Source: Spirochaetaceae bacterium (GTDB lineage: Bacteria; Spirochaetota; Spirochaetia; DSM-2461). Taken from it: DNA of 64,000 bases. Location of the stretch: NCBI GenBank assembly GCA_965224705.1, contig OZ245056.1, positions 896,001 to 960,000 on the forward strand, given 5' to 3'. Each line of letters starts with the position of its first letter. The first letter of the stretch is position 1. A model generated the notes under the pieces. It saw only the letters and a list, made by a program, of their open reading frames with translations. It made no database searches and was not told where the DNA came from. Shown one piece after another: positions 30,596 through 40,632 of this stretch. The position numbers and the translations under genes were made by a program.

Positions 30596-31600
30596 ATGAA
30601 ACTCCGCCTGCCTGGTCTGGTTCTGCTCTGCTTCTCAACTGCCGGGATCTGGGCTTCAGGAACCCGGGAAGATCCTGGGCCGGGTTTGTATGCCCATATA
30701 ACAACTGTGAAGGGTACAATGGTTTTCAAACTGGATTACAATAACACACCATTAACAGTTACAAGTTTTGCCGGACTTGCTCAGGGCGTTTTAAATAACT
30801 CAGCCAGGAATAAAGGTGTGCCTTATTATGATGGCATGCCGATTGACAGTATCGTCAGGGATTATGCCGTTTTTATTGGAGAACATGGTGAATCACTGCC
30901 CAGGGAAATGACCGGCAGGATATCTGCGTCATCTCCTGGAGTACTGGTGATGGATGGCCTATCAACTGAGTCATCGGCGAGTCGCTTCTTCATCACAATC
31001 CATGGAGATGAATTTCTTGATTCTAAATATACAAGCTTTGGAGAAATTGTTTCAGGTGAATCCACTTTGAAGAGACTTAAAGCCGGAGACATAATTCAAT
31101 CTATAGAAATCTTAAAAACTGGTTCGGAAGCCAGAGCATTTCCAATCACTCAGGACTCCTTTGACAGGCTTTTACTGAAAGGGCGCACAACCGAAGTCAA
31201 CAATCTCGAAGCCATTGATCCTGCCCTTGCCGAAATTGTTCACAGTCTAGGAGAGGGACGCAAAAAATCGCGCTCCGGTATATATTACTCAGTCCTTACA
31301 GAAGGAGAGGGACCTGCTCCCTCCAGCGGAGACAGGGTTTCCATGCACTACATTGGCTCCCTTCTTGATGGAACAGTATTCGATGATTCAAGAATTCGTG
31401 ATCAAACATTTGATTTCACCATGGGTGTAGACAGCATGATTCCCGGTTGGATTGAGATGGTAATGAGCATGAAAGCCGGTGAAATACGCAAAGTGGTTCT
31501 CCCGCCGGAAACAGCGTATGGTGAGTCTGGTTTTGGTCCAATAGGTCCCAACAGTTGGCTTATCTTTCAATTAGAACTGGTGAGCTTCATTGAGGACTGA
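30596..31600 (+). CDS. Second cyclophilin-FKBP fusion with a degenerate cyclophilin domain
   Basis: Signal peptide; cyclophilin-like scaffold lacking FHRV; FKBP motif MHYIG...FDDS...MIPGW. Confidence 0.85.
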   Translation: MKLRLPGLVLLCFSTAGIWASGTREDPGPGLYAHITTVKGTMVFKLDYNNTPLTVTSFAGLAQGVLNNSARNKGVPYYDGMPIDSIVRDYAVFIGEHGESLPREMTGRISASSPGVLVMDGLSTESSASRFFITIHGDEFLDSKYTSFGEIVSGESTLKRLKAGDIIQSIEILKTGSEARAFPITQDSFDRLLLKGRTTEVNNLEAIDPALAEIVHSLGEGRKKSRSGIYYSVLTEGEGPAPSSGDRVSMHYIGSLLDGTVFDDSRIRDQTFDFTMGVDSMIPGWIEMVMSMKAGEIRKVVLPPETAYGESGFGPIGPNSWLIFQLELVSFIED

Positions 31601-33019
31601 GTGGCCGGGAGCAAAACCAATTCTTACCTATGCACATCCTGTGGTCATCACGAAGCTAAATGGCTTGGACACTGTCCCTCCTGTGGGGAATGGAATACCT
31701 TTAAAAGCGTAAAGCTAAGGCCTGATTCACAGCAGAATCGGCGAAAATCAACAGCACTTAAAAACATTGAAGATTCTGAACCAAAACTTTTGTCAACGAT
31801 AGATCCGGCTCCTCCGGAACGCTATCCAACAAAAATCGAAGAACTCGACCGGGTTCTTGGCGGCGGTCTATCTCCGGGAACTTCCGTTCTTCTCGGAGGA
31901 GAGCCGGGGATTGGCAAATCGACATTGATGCTTCAGGTGGCGGCTGCTTTGCCGGGAACAGGACTCTATGTATCGGGTGAAGAATCTAAAGAGCAGCTAA
32001 AAACCCGTGCTGACAGGCTGAAACTCAGGCAGAATACACTGACCATTCTTTGCCAGACTGATCTTGACTCCCTTATGGACACCCTGAATCAGAACGTACC
32101 AGCCTATGTCGTCGTGGATTCCATACAAACCCTGGTATCAGTTGATACCGGTTCCATCCCGGGAACCCCGAACCAGCTCAAAATAGCAGGTTACCGACTC
32201 ACAACCTGGGCTAAATCCAACAATATCCCATTATTTCTCATCGCCCATGTCACCAAGGAAGGCATCATTGCCGGTCCCAAGGTGATTGAGCATCTGGTGG
32301 ATACCGTACTGTATTTTGATCATTCTTCAGGTGATCTCCGGATTCTTCGGGCCTCGAAAAATCGCATGGGATCGGTTGATGAGGCGGGATTCTTCCGCAT
32401 GAATACCAGCGGACTGGAACCTATAAACGATCCTTCTGATCTCTTCCTTGAACACAGACAGGCAGGTCCACCGATTGGAAGCTCCGTTACGGCTGTATAC
32501 GAGGGTTCCCGCATCCTTCTGGTGGAGATACAGGCATTGGTGGTGCCTTCAAAAGTATCGGGAGGCCGGGTGTACTCCGACAGGATTGATGCGGCTCGTG
32601 TCAGCCGTGTCGCTGCAGTACTCGAACGCCATGCAAGTCTGCGGCTTTCGGATCAGGATATTTATATCAACGTTGCCGGGGGATTGAAAATCAACGATAC
32701 TGGCGCAGATTTAGCTCTTGCACTTGCCCTGGCTTCCGCCCGGGGAGAGAGGGCATTACCTGAAAAACTTGCAGTTTTCGGAGAGTTGACCCTGGCTGGT
32801 GAAATCCGCACCGTTCCCCATCTACGACGCCGTATAAAGACTGCTGTTGATTCGGGACTGGAGAATTGGCTTGCAGCAGGAGAAAAATCGGGTGAGACAT
32901 TGGGAAATGGGTATACTATCAATTCAGTTCGCGAAGCTGTTGCCTGGGCTCTGTCATTGACCGGCTCGGACGAAGTCATGAATCCATCGAAGCTCAATAT
33001 CCAGGTCTCCAGAACTTGA
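31601..33019 (+). CDS. radA: DNA repair protein RadA/Sms
   Basis: CxxC...CPSC zinc finger, GEPGIGKST, KNRMG motif and Lon-like C-terminus. Confidence 0.96.
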   Translation: MAGSKTNSYLCTSCGHHEAKWLGHCPSCGEWNTFKSVKLRPDSQQNRRKSTALKNIEDSEPKLLSTIDPAPPERYPTKIEELDRVLGGGLSPGTSVLLGGEPGIGKSTLMLQVAAALPGTGLYVSGEESKEQLKTRADRLKLRQNTLTILCQTDLDSLMDTLNQNVPAYVVVDSIQTLVSVDTGSIPGTPNQLKIAGYRLTTWAKSNNIPLFLIAHVTKEGIIAGPKVIEHLVDTVLYFDHSSGDLRILRASKNRMGSVDEAGFFRMNTSGLEPINDPSDLFLEHRQAGPPIGSSVTAVYEGSRILLVEIQALVVPSKVSGGRVYSDRIDAARVSRVAAVLERHASLRLSDQDIYINVAGGLKINDTGADLALALALASARGERALPEKLAVFGELTLAGEIRTVPHLRRRIKTAVDSGLENWLAAGEKSGETLGNGYTINSVREAVAWALSLTGSDEVMNPSKLNIQVSRT

Positions 33020-34252
33020 AGGTCCTGCGTTCCAATCCCGTGGAATGTCAGCAACTGTTCCTTTAAGTATGAGTTTTCCCCGGGTATAGCGCATGGTCAG
33101 GCTGATATGTCCATCAAGAAGCAGAACGGATTCCCTGTGGATACTCATGGCTGCAGCTATGGAAAAGGTTTTACCGACACCCCATTCCCATCTGAGTGAA
33201 ATCTTCCAGTTTCTGACAAAATCCCAGTACCATTTTAACTCAATTGCAGTGTCACCAGGCTCCCAGGCCATTGTATTCGTCAACTTCGTTGGAACAGGTT
33301 TATGTGTCAGACCATTCCATTCAATATCACTGAGAAATTCAATCGATGAAAACCTCCAGCCAATGGCTATTCTGCATGCCTCATCATCGGCGGTCGATGA
33401 ACGATGATATGTCCACAAAGGGAGTTGAAATGCTGCGGCAAGCAGGAGACCTGTTTTGGGACTCAGTCTTCCATCCCAGGCAACACCAACTGGAATCCCG
33501 GGAAGTTGCCCCTCCGCATTGCGGAAGTATTCTGTTGCCCATGTTCCTCTTGCTCTCGTTTTCCAGGGTCCTGTCGACAAACCCATGGCAGCAGCTATGA
33601 GGAAACCGGGCCTTATATTCACCCCGGCTGAAACAATACTGGTCAGGCTGCCAGTCCAGATACCCTTCTCTAAGCGATTCTTCATGGCGTAAGTCGTAAA
33701 GGCACCACCGGAGGAATGAACTTCATCTGGATACCAATCATCTTCCACTTCCGCCGAATTCAACAGACCTGCTGTCCAGAGAAGATCCATATCCCATAAA
33801 TCTGTACTGACAGGTGTTGCCCAGAATAGACTCGTATCCAGATTGGGCCGCCGTTCCCACCCCACTCCTGCCCGACCCTGCCAGGGAGAAAAAACAATAC
33901 CTATACGGGAATCTGAGAAAGACCGTAAATCGGCATGGTAAAATGTTCTCTCTGTTAAGCGGGCAAGTGCATCATATCCCGGATTGCGTACTTCCGCTGC
34001 CAGGCCGGCATCACTGAGATGTCCCAGAGTAAGAAGAGCGGAATTGATCCCAATCATACCCTGGAATTCGGAATCCGGATCCATCTGTCCTGCAGCTCCT
34101 ATGGAGAAATGTCTGAAATTCATAATTCCATACCCCTGCCATCGATTGCCGCCATCGTAAGCCATTGAAGAATCGATGCTGAAATTTTCCCTGCCGGAAA
34201 CTTCGGATGGAAGAAGAATCAATACAATAAACACATATCGAACCTGGTTCAT
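32954..34252 (-). CDS. Hypothetical exported protein, possibly outer-membrane beta-barrel
   Basis: 432-aa ORF with an N-terminal hydrophobic signal and Trp/Gly-rich amphipathic strand pattern. Confidence 0.55.
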   Translation of the reverse strand: MNQVRYVFIVLILLPSEVSGRENFSIDSSMAYDGGNRWQGYGIMNFRHFSIGAAGQMDPDSEFQGMIGINSALLTLGHLSDAGLAAEVRNPGYDALARLTERTFYHADLRSFSDSRIGIVFSPWQGRAGVGWERRPNLDTSLFWATPVSTDLWDMDLLWTAGLLNSAEVEDDWYPDEVHSSGGAFTTYAMKNRLEKGIWTGSLTSIVSAGVNIRPGFLIAAAMGLSTGPWKTRARGTWATEYFRNAEGQLPGIPVGVAWDGRLSPKTGLLLAAAFQLPLWTYHRSSTADDEACRIAIGWRFSSIEFLSDIEWNGLTHKPVPTKLTNTMAWEPGDTAIELKWYWDFVRNWKISLRWEWGVGKTFSIAAAMSIHRESVLLLDGHISLTMRYTRGKLILKGTVADIPRDWNAGPSSSGDLDIELRWIHDFVRAGQ

Positions 34253-34288
34253 ATTATTTATAACCTGTTCAATGCTGCCTTACTTCTC

Positions 34289-34316
34289 TTGAAAATGAAA
34301 AAAAAATAAGTAAAAT
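34289..34316 (+). promoter_or_regulatory. Putative sigma70 promoter of ackA
   Basis: TTGAAA-16-TAAAAT. Confidence 0.45.
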
Positions 34317-34353
34317 ACTCAAGGGTATCTCTGAATATCATTCTCAGAATTTA

Positions 34354-34516
34354 GGAGCCTGTCGGATTTACGTCTCACGGCTCGATTTTTGCCCTTTTTC
34401 CCTGCTGCTGCGTTGCCAAAATACTCACGTAGCCCAGCTACGCTCCGTTTTTGTCGCCTTGCATCAGGAAAAAATCATCAAAAATCGCCTCGAAGCCTTA
34501 AAATCCGACAGACTCT
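34354..34516 (+). mobile_element. MITE-like element, copy 1 (163 bp)
   Basis: Terminal inverted repeats GGAGCCTGTCGGATTTA...AAATCCGACAGACTCT; TA on both flanks; near-identical copies at 40173, 51090 and 52962. Confidence 0.85.
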
Positions 34517-34571
34517 TAGGAAGTGACTTTTTCGATGCAGTGGTGCCTTAACGTCAACTCGGAGGGTTTCA

Positions 34572-35912
34572 ATGCTGATTCTTACACTCAACAGCGGCAG
34601 TTCGTCAGCAAAATATCAGGTTTATGACTGGGATCGCAGAAGCATACTCAGCGTCGGTATCATCGAACGTATTGGGCAGAGTCAATCAACATTGGAACAT
34701 CTCACTCCCGGCAGGGAAAAACTGGAAGATGAACAGCCCTGCCCAAATCACAAAGCAGCATTTGAATGGATTATAAGAACTCTGATTGATCCAGAATACG
34801 GATGCATGACAGATATAAGTGTTATCAGAGCAGTTGGTCACCGTGTTGTACACGGCGGCGAGACTTTTACAAAGTCCGCTCTGATCGATGATGAGGTACT
34901 GGCTGACCTTGAGGTCTGTTCTTCTCTGGCTCCTCTTCACAATCCAGCCAATATCATGGGAATTCGAGCCGCCAGGGAAATACTTCCCAACATCCCCCAC
35001 TGTGCAGTATTGGATACGGCCTGGCACCAGACCATGCCCGAAACAAGTTTCATGTATGCCCTGCCCTATCAATGGTACAGGGATCACAAAGTCAGACGGT
35101 ATGGTTTTCATGGCACCAGTTATATTTATACTGCAAAGCGGGCAGCGGCACTTCTGGGAAAGGATCCCTTTGATACAAATCTTATCATTGCTCACATTGG
35201 AAATGGCTCATCAATATGTGCCGTGAAAAACGGATTGAGTTATGACACATCAATGGGCATGACTCCTCTGGAAGGATTGATGATGGGGACACGATCCGGA
35301 GATATCGACCCTGCTATCGTTATTCACATGATGAAAACAACGGGTATGAATCCCGATGAAATGGATAATATACTCAACAAGAAAAGTGGAGTTCTCGGCG
35401 TTTCTGAGAAGTTCATCGACAGACGCGACATATTCACTCAAGCCGAAGCTGGAAATGAACGCTGTAAAACAACTCTCAACATGGAGTGTTATCGGATCAA
35501 GAAATACATTGGTTCATACTATGCTGCCCTCAGCCGCCTTGATGCCGTCGTTTTTACGGCAGGTGTTGGTGAGATGAATCCCACATACAGATGGAAAGCC
35601 CTTCATGGGCTTTCATCCATGGGAATCAAAATTGATAAGAAAAAGAATCTGATGTCACGAACACGCAATGCGGAAACCTGTATCTCAACCGATGATTCAC
35701 CGGTCAAAGTATTCGTGGTACCCACTGATGAAGAGTTAGTTATGACCGAGGATACTCATGCCCTAATGAACAACTGCTACGATGTGCACTCAAGTTTTAA
35801 CTACTCCTTTCAGAATCCTGGTTACCGAAACAAAGCACGGGATGAAGTCTTCAAGGCAGAGCTTGCAGAGAATCCGGACTTGAAAACCATTCTGCCCCAA
35901 ACTCCTGATTAA
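34572..35912 (+). CDS. ackA: Acetate kinase
   Basis: LNSGSSSAK, GHRVVHGG, RRYGFHGTS and GTRSGDIDP motifs. Confidence 0.97.
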   Translation: MLILTLNSGSSSAKYQVYDWDRRSILSVGIIERIGQSQSTLEHLTPGREKLEDEQPCPNHKAAFEWIIRTLIDPEYGCMTDISVIRAVGHRVVHGGETFTKSALIDDEVLADLEVCSSLAPLHNPANIMGIRAAREILPNIPHCAVLDTAWHQTMPETSFMYALPYQWYRDHKVRRYGFHGTSYIYTAKRAAALLGKDPFDTNLIIAHIGNGSSICAVKNGLSYDTSMGMTPLEGLMMGTRSGDIDPAIVIHMMKTTGMNPDEMDNILNKKSGVLGVSEKFIDRRDIFTQAEAGNERCKTTLNMECYRIKKYIGSYYAALSRLDAVVFTAGVGEMNPTYRWKALHGLSSMGIKIDKKKNLMSRTRNAETCISTDDSPVKVFVVPTDEELVMTEDTHALMNNCYDVHSSFNYSFQNPGYRNKARDEVFKAELAENPDLKTILPQTPD

Positions 35913-35999
35913 ACAGGTGTATTGAAGGGGACTCAGGTGACAGGAAGCCTGTAAAAGCCGCGATATGCACTCCGCAAGCTCATCACAGCTATTTCGGGA

Positions 36000-36554
36000 C
36001 TATCTCAGAAGAAGAACATTCCTGGCAACTTGATCAGCTGCGGCGTCATCAACAAGATAACGGATCAGTTCAATTGAGAATTCCCCCGCACACCCGGGAC
36101 TCCGACTTGTAATAAGATTCCCATCAGTCACAACCCGGTCAGTTGAAAAAGAACCATCATTCACCTGTTTTTCATACCCCGGATAGCATGTAAAGCTTCG
36201 GTTTGCCAGTAGCCCAAATTGTCCAAGGGCCACAGCCGAAGCCGCACAAATTGCAGCAACCAGACCTCCTTCCTGCATAACTGACCTGCATAAATTCTCA
36301 ACCGTGCTCGACTGTGAAAGATTTTCTGCACCCGGCATGCCTCCGGGCAGAATTACGGCATCCAGCTTTTCCCGAAGATCCTTCACTTCAACATCCGCAA
36401 CAACTTTAAGATTATGTGCCCCGACAGGGGTTTTAGTGCCCACTCCCGCAAGAATTACCTCAACACCTGCTCTGCGAAGATAATCGATTGGTGTTATTGC
36501 TTCAACTTCCTCGAAACCATCTGACAGCATAATGACTGCTTTTGCTTGCTTCAT
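36000..36554 (-). CDS. DJ-1/PfpI (YajL/ThiJ) family protein
   Basis: GFEEVEA, LPGGMPGAENL and AAICA motifs. Confidence 0.92.
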   Translation of the reverse strand: MKQAKAVIMLSDGFEEVEAITPIDYLRRAGVEVILAGVGTKTPVGAHNLKVVADVEVKDLREKLDAVILPGGMPGAENLSQSSTVENLCRSVMQEGGLVAAICAASAVALGQFGLLANRSFTCYPGYEKQVNDGSFSTDRVVTDGNLITSRSPGCAGEFSIELIRYLVDDAAADQVARNVLLLR

Positions 36555-36580
36555 TTTCTCCTCCAGTATAAGTATATAGC

Positions 36581-37411
36581 ATGGATGGAATGAGTAAAGA
36601 TCAACAGGGAAGAATTTGCTTCTATAAGTGGAATGCTTTTGACCCGTGGGAACACTGCCTTACGGCCAGATTAACCACCAGAACCGGAGGGTATAGTCCT
36701 CCACCCATGGCAACCCTCAATCTTGGACAAAATTCTGATGACTGTCACTACGAGCACAATCGGAATCTTGTTGCCAGTGCATTGGGATTTCCACAGGCTT
36801 CCTGGGCCGTGGGGAACCAGGTTCATGGTGTGAGAATTGCCACGCTGTCTGAAGATGAGAAGCCTCCCTACAACTCCTGTGATGCCATCTTGATCGATAG
36901 ATACAGCTATATCACAGGTGTGCTGCTGGCCGATTGCCATCCAATACTGATCTACGACCCAGTACGGCATATTGCCGGAATTGCCCATGCAGGCTGGAGG
37001 GGAACACTGGCCGGGATTGCGGGAATTCTGGTTGAGAAGATGGTGATTCATGGAAGCAATCGAACAGATTTAACAGCGGTTTCCGGTCCGGGTATTGATT
37101 CCTGCTGCTATACAGTAGGAAAGGAAGTAGCATCCATGTTCAGGGATAAATTCGGTGATGAAGGAAAATTTCTCCGTCCTGGCGAAGAGGATAGCAGTGT
37201 ATGGAATCTAAGCCTTGAAAAAGTCAATGCCCATGTTCTCCAGGAATCGGGAATACCCGGGAATCAAATTCATCGCAGTCGATTATGCACGGCATGCAAT
37301 AACAATGATTTCTTTTCCTATCGCAGGGAAAACGGGAATACAGGAAGGCAGGCAGCAGTTATCGTGCTTCATTTTCCTAGAAGACGGCCTAATAAGCCTT
37401 TTTTCTTCTGA
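36581..37411 (+). CDS. pgeF: PgeF/YfiH family (peptidoglycan editing factor, laccase-domain protein)
   Basis: QVHG, ADCHPI, HAGWRG and FFSYRR...GRQ motifs. Confidence 0.9.
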   Translation: MDGMSKDQQGRICFYKWNAFDPWEHCLTARLTTRTGGYSPPPMATLNLGQNSDDCHYEHNRNLVASALGFPQASWAVGNQVHGVRIATLSEDEKPPYNSCDAILIDRYSYITGVLLADCHPILIYDPVRHIAGIAHAGWRGTLAGIAGILVEKMVIHGSNRTDLTAVSGPGIDSCCYTVGKEVASMFRDKFGDEGKFLRPGEEDSSVWNLSLEKVNAHVLQESGIPGNQIHRSRLCTACNNNDFFSYRRENGNTGRQAAVIVLHFPRRRPNKPFFF

Positions 37412-39012
37412 TTGGAAGATTCATTGGAATCCAGACTGAAATTGTCTCCATATTTCTTTCGGTAGTATTCCAGGCGTTTATCAATGCTTGTATTGGAATC
37501 AATGCGCTTGCCGCCAGCTTCGGGTATAGTCGCCCCGGGTGGTGCTTTCCTCTGCTTATTCTCTGTTCTCGGTTTTCTGTCTTTACTTGATTTTCGAGGT
37601 GAGGATTGAGATTTTTGTTTTCCACGATCCCTTTGCGGTCTTTGCTCTTGATTATCTGTTGATCTTGTTTCAAGCATAAGGTCTTCCAGTTTTCCACCGG
37701 CTACTGAAGAAACAGCCGATTGCACACGTGATGCACCAGGGTCCAGGAATTTCATGCCCTTCCGAGGTTGTTTACGTGGAGACTGATTTCCAGTTTTTTT
37801 TGAATTGCCGTCCATTCCCCTGTAACGATCTCTTCGAGTATAATGTGTGTTCGCACTTTCATCCTTCAAGTACAGGGATTCATCCGCCCACTTAACAGGA
37901 ATTTTTTTGCCCAGAAGTTTTTCAATGGGTCCCAAACCATAAATATACTCTTCACAGGCCATGGTAATTGTTTTTCCTTTTTTCCCTGCGCGAGCTGTAC
38001 GGCCTATTCTGTGAATGTAGCTTTCTGCATCAAGAGGCAGATCGTAGTTGATAACCATTTCAAGTTCATCAATGTGCAGACCCCGGGAGGCAACGTCCGT
38101 GGAAACAAGAAATCTGTGATGACCTTTTTTTACGCCATCAACAATTTTCATTCTCTGCTTCTGAGGCAAATCTCCCATGAGTGATGTTACCTCGTACCCA
38201 TTCACCTTCAACCGCTTGGCAACTTCCCATGCACTATGTCTGGTATTAGTAAATATTACAGCATTTTCGGGATTATTCTTTTTCATTATACCAAGAAGCA
38301 ACTGCATCTTCTCGTTCTTGCTGACATGATAGATTTCCTGGGTAACTGTATCGACTGTTGTTTTTTCAGGTTCAATAATGATTTCACCGGGATTACTCAT
38401 GTATTCCCATGCGAGATTTCCTACCTTGGAATTGAGAGTTGCACTAAAAAGCAGTGTACGTCGTTCCGTGGAAGGCCTCATTCTCCCAATAATGCTTTTG
38501 AGGTCTGGTAGAAAACCCATGTCGAAAAGCCGGTCAGCTTCATCAATCACCAGAAACCCATACTCTTTGAAATTTATTACCTTTCTATTGCCAAAGTCTA
38601 TCAGACGGCCTGGAGTACCAATAAGTATATCCAATCCCTTTTTTAGCATGGCTTCCTGAGATTTGAACCCCATACCACCAAATACAGCCCCTATGCGCAA
38701 ATTCAGGTATTTCCCGAGGAGATTGCATTCACGCTCAATTTGAACAGCTAATTCCCGGGTTGGAACAATGATCAGAGATTTTTCATTCTTAAATGATTCT
38801 TCGCTCGTGATAAGCTGGAAAATACCAAGACAGAAAGCTGCGGTTTTACCCGTTCCAGTTTGTGATTGAGCATAAACATCCCTATGCTCATTGATTAGAA
38901 ACTTGAAGCACTCTGCCTGTACAGGCATGGGTTCTACGAAACCAGCCTCATCAATTCCTTTCTGGATTCGCTCATCGAATCCAAATTCTTTAAAAGTCAT
39001 ATTAATATTCAA
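37369..39012 (-). CDS. DEAD-box RNA helicase (RhlB-like) with a basic C-terminal tail
   Basis: QTGTGKT, PTRELA, DEAD, SAT and HRIGRTAR motifs. Confidence 0.95.
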   Translation of the reverse strand: MNINMTFKEFGFDERIQKGIDEAGFVEPMPVQAECFKFLINEHRDVYAQSQTGTGKTAAFCLGIFQLITSEESFKNEKSLIIVPTRELAVQIERECNLLGKYLNLRIGAVFGGMGFKSQEAMLKKGLDILIGTPGRLIDFGNRKVINFKEYGFLVIDEADRLFDMGFLPDLKSIIGRMRPSTERRTLLFSATLNSKVGNLAWEYMSNPGEIIIEPEKTTVDTVTQEIYHVSKNEKMQLLLGIMKKNNPENAVIFTNTRHSAWEVAKRLKVNGYEVTSLMGDLPQKQRMKIVDGVKKGHHRFLVSTDVASRGLHIDELEMVINYDLPLDAESYIHRIGRTARAGKKGKTITMACEEYIYGLGPIEKLLGKKIPVKWADESLYLKDESANTHYTRRDRYRGMDGNSKKTGNQSPRKQPRKGMKFLDPGASRVQSAVSSVAGGKLEDLMLETRSTDNQEQRPQRDRGKQKSQSSPRKSSKDRKPRTENKQRKAPPGATIPEAGGKRIDSNTSIDKRLEYYRKKYGDNFSLDSNESSNQKKKGLLGRLLGK

Positions 39013-39184
39013 TCCTCAATTGTTTAAAGGCGTAACAATCGCTCGGAAATAGACTGCTCTTACCGGCCTTGATGCAAGTAATGGAAGTGGTCGGGTTCAT
39101 TCCAAATTTTAGTTATTATCATGGAACAGATTGTCAAATCCTTGCTTTTTGTATGATTAAATCATACAATAGCATGCATATTAA

Positions 39185-40108
39185 TTGATATTGATAGAAG
39201 AATCAATGCAGATTTCCGATTTATCTGCTAAAAGAACACCGGAATACCACTTCTGGAGATTGTATTTGATGCCGGATCATTTTTTGAGTAAGAAGCAATT
39301 CAGCCTGAAAGCCATCACAGGAAGATTTTTCTCACGGCCAAATAGATTCAAATTCCTTACGAATTACCAGAAAGACATACTTTCACGAAGCATGAAATCA
39401 ATAAAGCAGCCAGAATCAATTCCATCACTCTTGAAGTGGGATATTTCAGTTACACATGTATCATCAACAATTCAGATAACCGTATTTGATGACATCTTCA
39501 GGAAAGATAGACAGGCCTGTCAATATTTCTTCCTCCTGGAATCCAGTAATAATGATCTGGAATCCATGATACATACTCATGTGGTACGTAGAGAACTGAT
39601 CAATCTTGATAAAGGCACTTTGAATCTTGACCAGATCACACGGCATGTTCATGAAAAGGCTCTTTCTGCAGCACAGATAGCCAGGAACAATATCACAGGT
39701 ATCACGGGTATGATCAGCAGTGATGCAATCACTCTGCTGCCCCTCCACAGGCCAGGATTTTTGTTGAAACGTAAACAATCCAGCCAGGTTTTATCACTCA
39801 AAGATCTTGGGTACGTAAGAATTAACCCAAAGATGGGGGGAGTGAATTTTGATACATCAGACTTGCAGACTCTGGAAGTAGCAATGAACAGCGGAGATAT
39901 AGCTGCCATTTACAGTCATTCTCTCACAAGTATAAAGAGTACAGATGGTGATAACTGGGGAACAACTTCAATAGCAGACATACTGACTGATTCTCATGAG
40001 TCTTCTGCCAAAAATACTCTGGCAAGAATTATCAATAGTGCTGAGTCTTTCACCGGTCTGGAAGAAATAGCGGAACCACTTCAACTTGTAGTAATGCGGC
40101 GGCGTTAG
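39185..40108 (+). CDS. Hypothetical protein
   Basis: 307-aa ORF filling the intergenic space; no recognised motif. Confidence 0.6.
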   Translation: MILIEESMQISDLSAKRTPEYHFWRLYLMPDHFLSKKQFSLKAITGRFFSRPNRFKFLTNYQKDILSRSMKSIKQPESIPSLLKWDISVTHVSSTIQITVFDDIFRKDRQACQYFFLLESSNNDLESMIHTHVVRRELINLDKGTLNLDQITRHVHEKALSAAQIARNNITGITGMISSDAITLLPLHRPGFLLKRKQSSQVLSLKDLGYVRINPKMGGVNFDTSDLQTLEVAMNSGDIAAIYSHSLTSIKSTDGDNWGTTSIADILTDSHESSAKNTLARIINSAESFTGLEEIAEPLQLVVMRRR

Positions 40109-40172
40109 ATTCTTGCTATCCTCACGCCAATTCGGGATTATTCTCATTCTTCACCAGTTTCGCTTTTCTCCA

Positions 40173-40335
40173 GGAGCCTGTCGGACTTTAAGGCTTCGAG
40201 GCGATTTTTGATGATTTTTTCCTGATGCAAGGCGACAAAAACGGAGCGTAGCTGGGCTACGTGAGTATTTTGGCAACGCAGCAGCGGGAGAAAAGGGCAA
40301 AAATCGAGCCGTGAGGCGTAAATCCGACAGACTCC
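40173..40335 (-). mobile_element. MITE-like element, copy 2 (163 bp, inverted relative to copy 1)
   Basis: Near-perfect reverse complement of 34354-34516; CA on both flanks. Confidence 0.85.
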
Positions 40336-40348
40336 CAAGCAAATGACA

Positions 40349-40378
40349 TTGACATACCAGCAGGGAATTAATTACACT
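40349..40378 (+). promoter_or_regulatory. Putative promoter of tRNA-Pro
   Basis: TTGACA-18-TACACT, about 20 nt upstream of the tRNA. Confidence 0.55.
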
Positions 40379-40398
40379 CATCAGGCCTTAAATGGTAT

Positions 40399-40472
40399 CG
40401 GGCTGTAGCGCAGGGGTTCAGCGTACATGTCTGGGGGACATGGGGTCGGCGGTTCAAATCCGCCCAGCCCGA
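40399..40472 (+). tRNA. tRNA-Pro(GGG)
   Basis: Acceptor stem CGGGCTG/CAGCCCG; anticodon arm CATGT-CTGGGGG-ACATG; T-arm GGCGG-TTCAAAT-CCGCC; CCA not encoded. Confidence 0.96.
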
Positions 40473-40632
40473 CGATATAATCAGGACTGGAAAAGAATAG
40501 TATAAAACTCTGAATCTTACCGGAAAAGGATCAGATCTTTATTTTGAATGGCAAGTATTTCAACCGATAGTGGGGAGTTATGTTTCTTCCGCACCCTGAA
40601 TACTGTTGCCTGTGTCCTGAACCCATGCAGTT

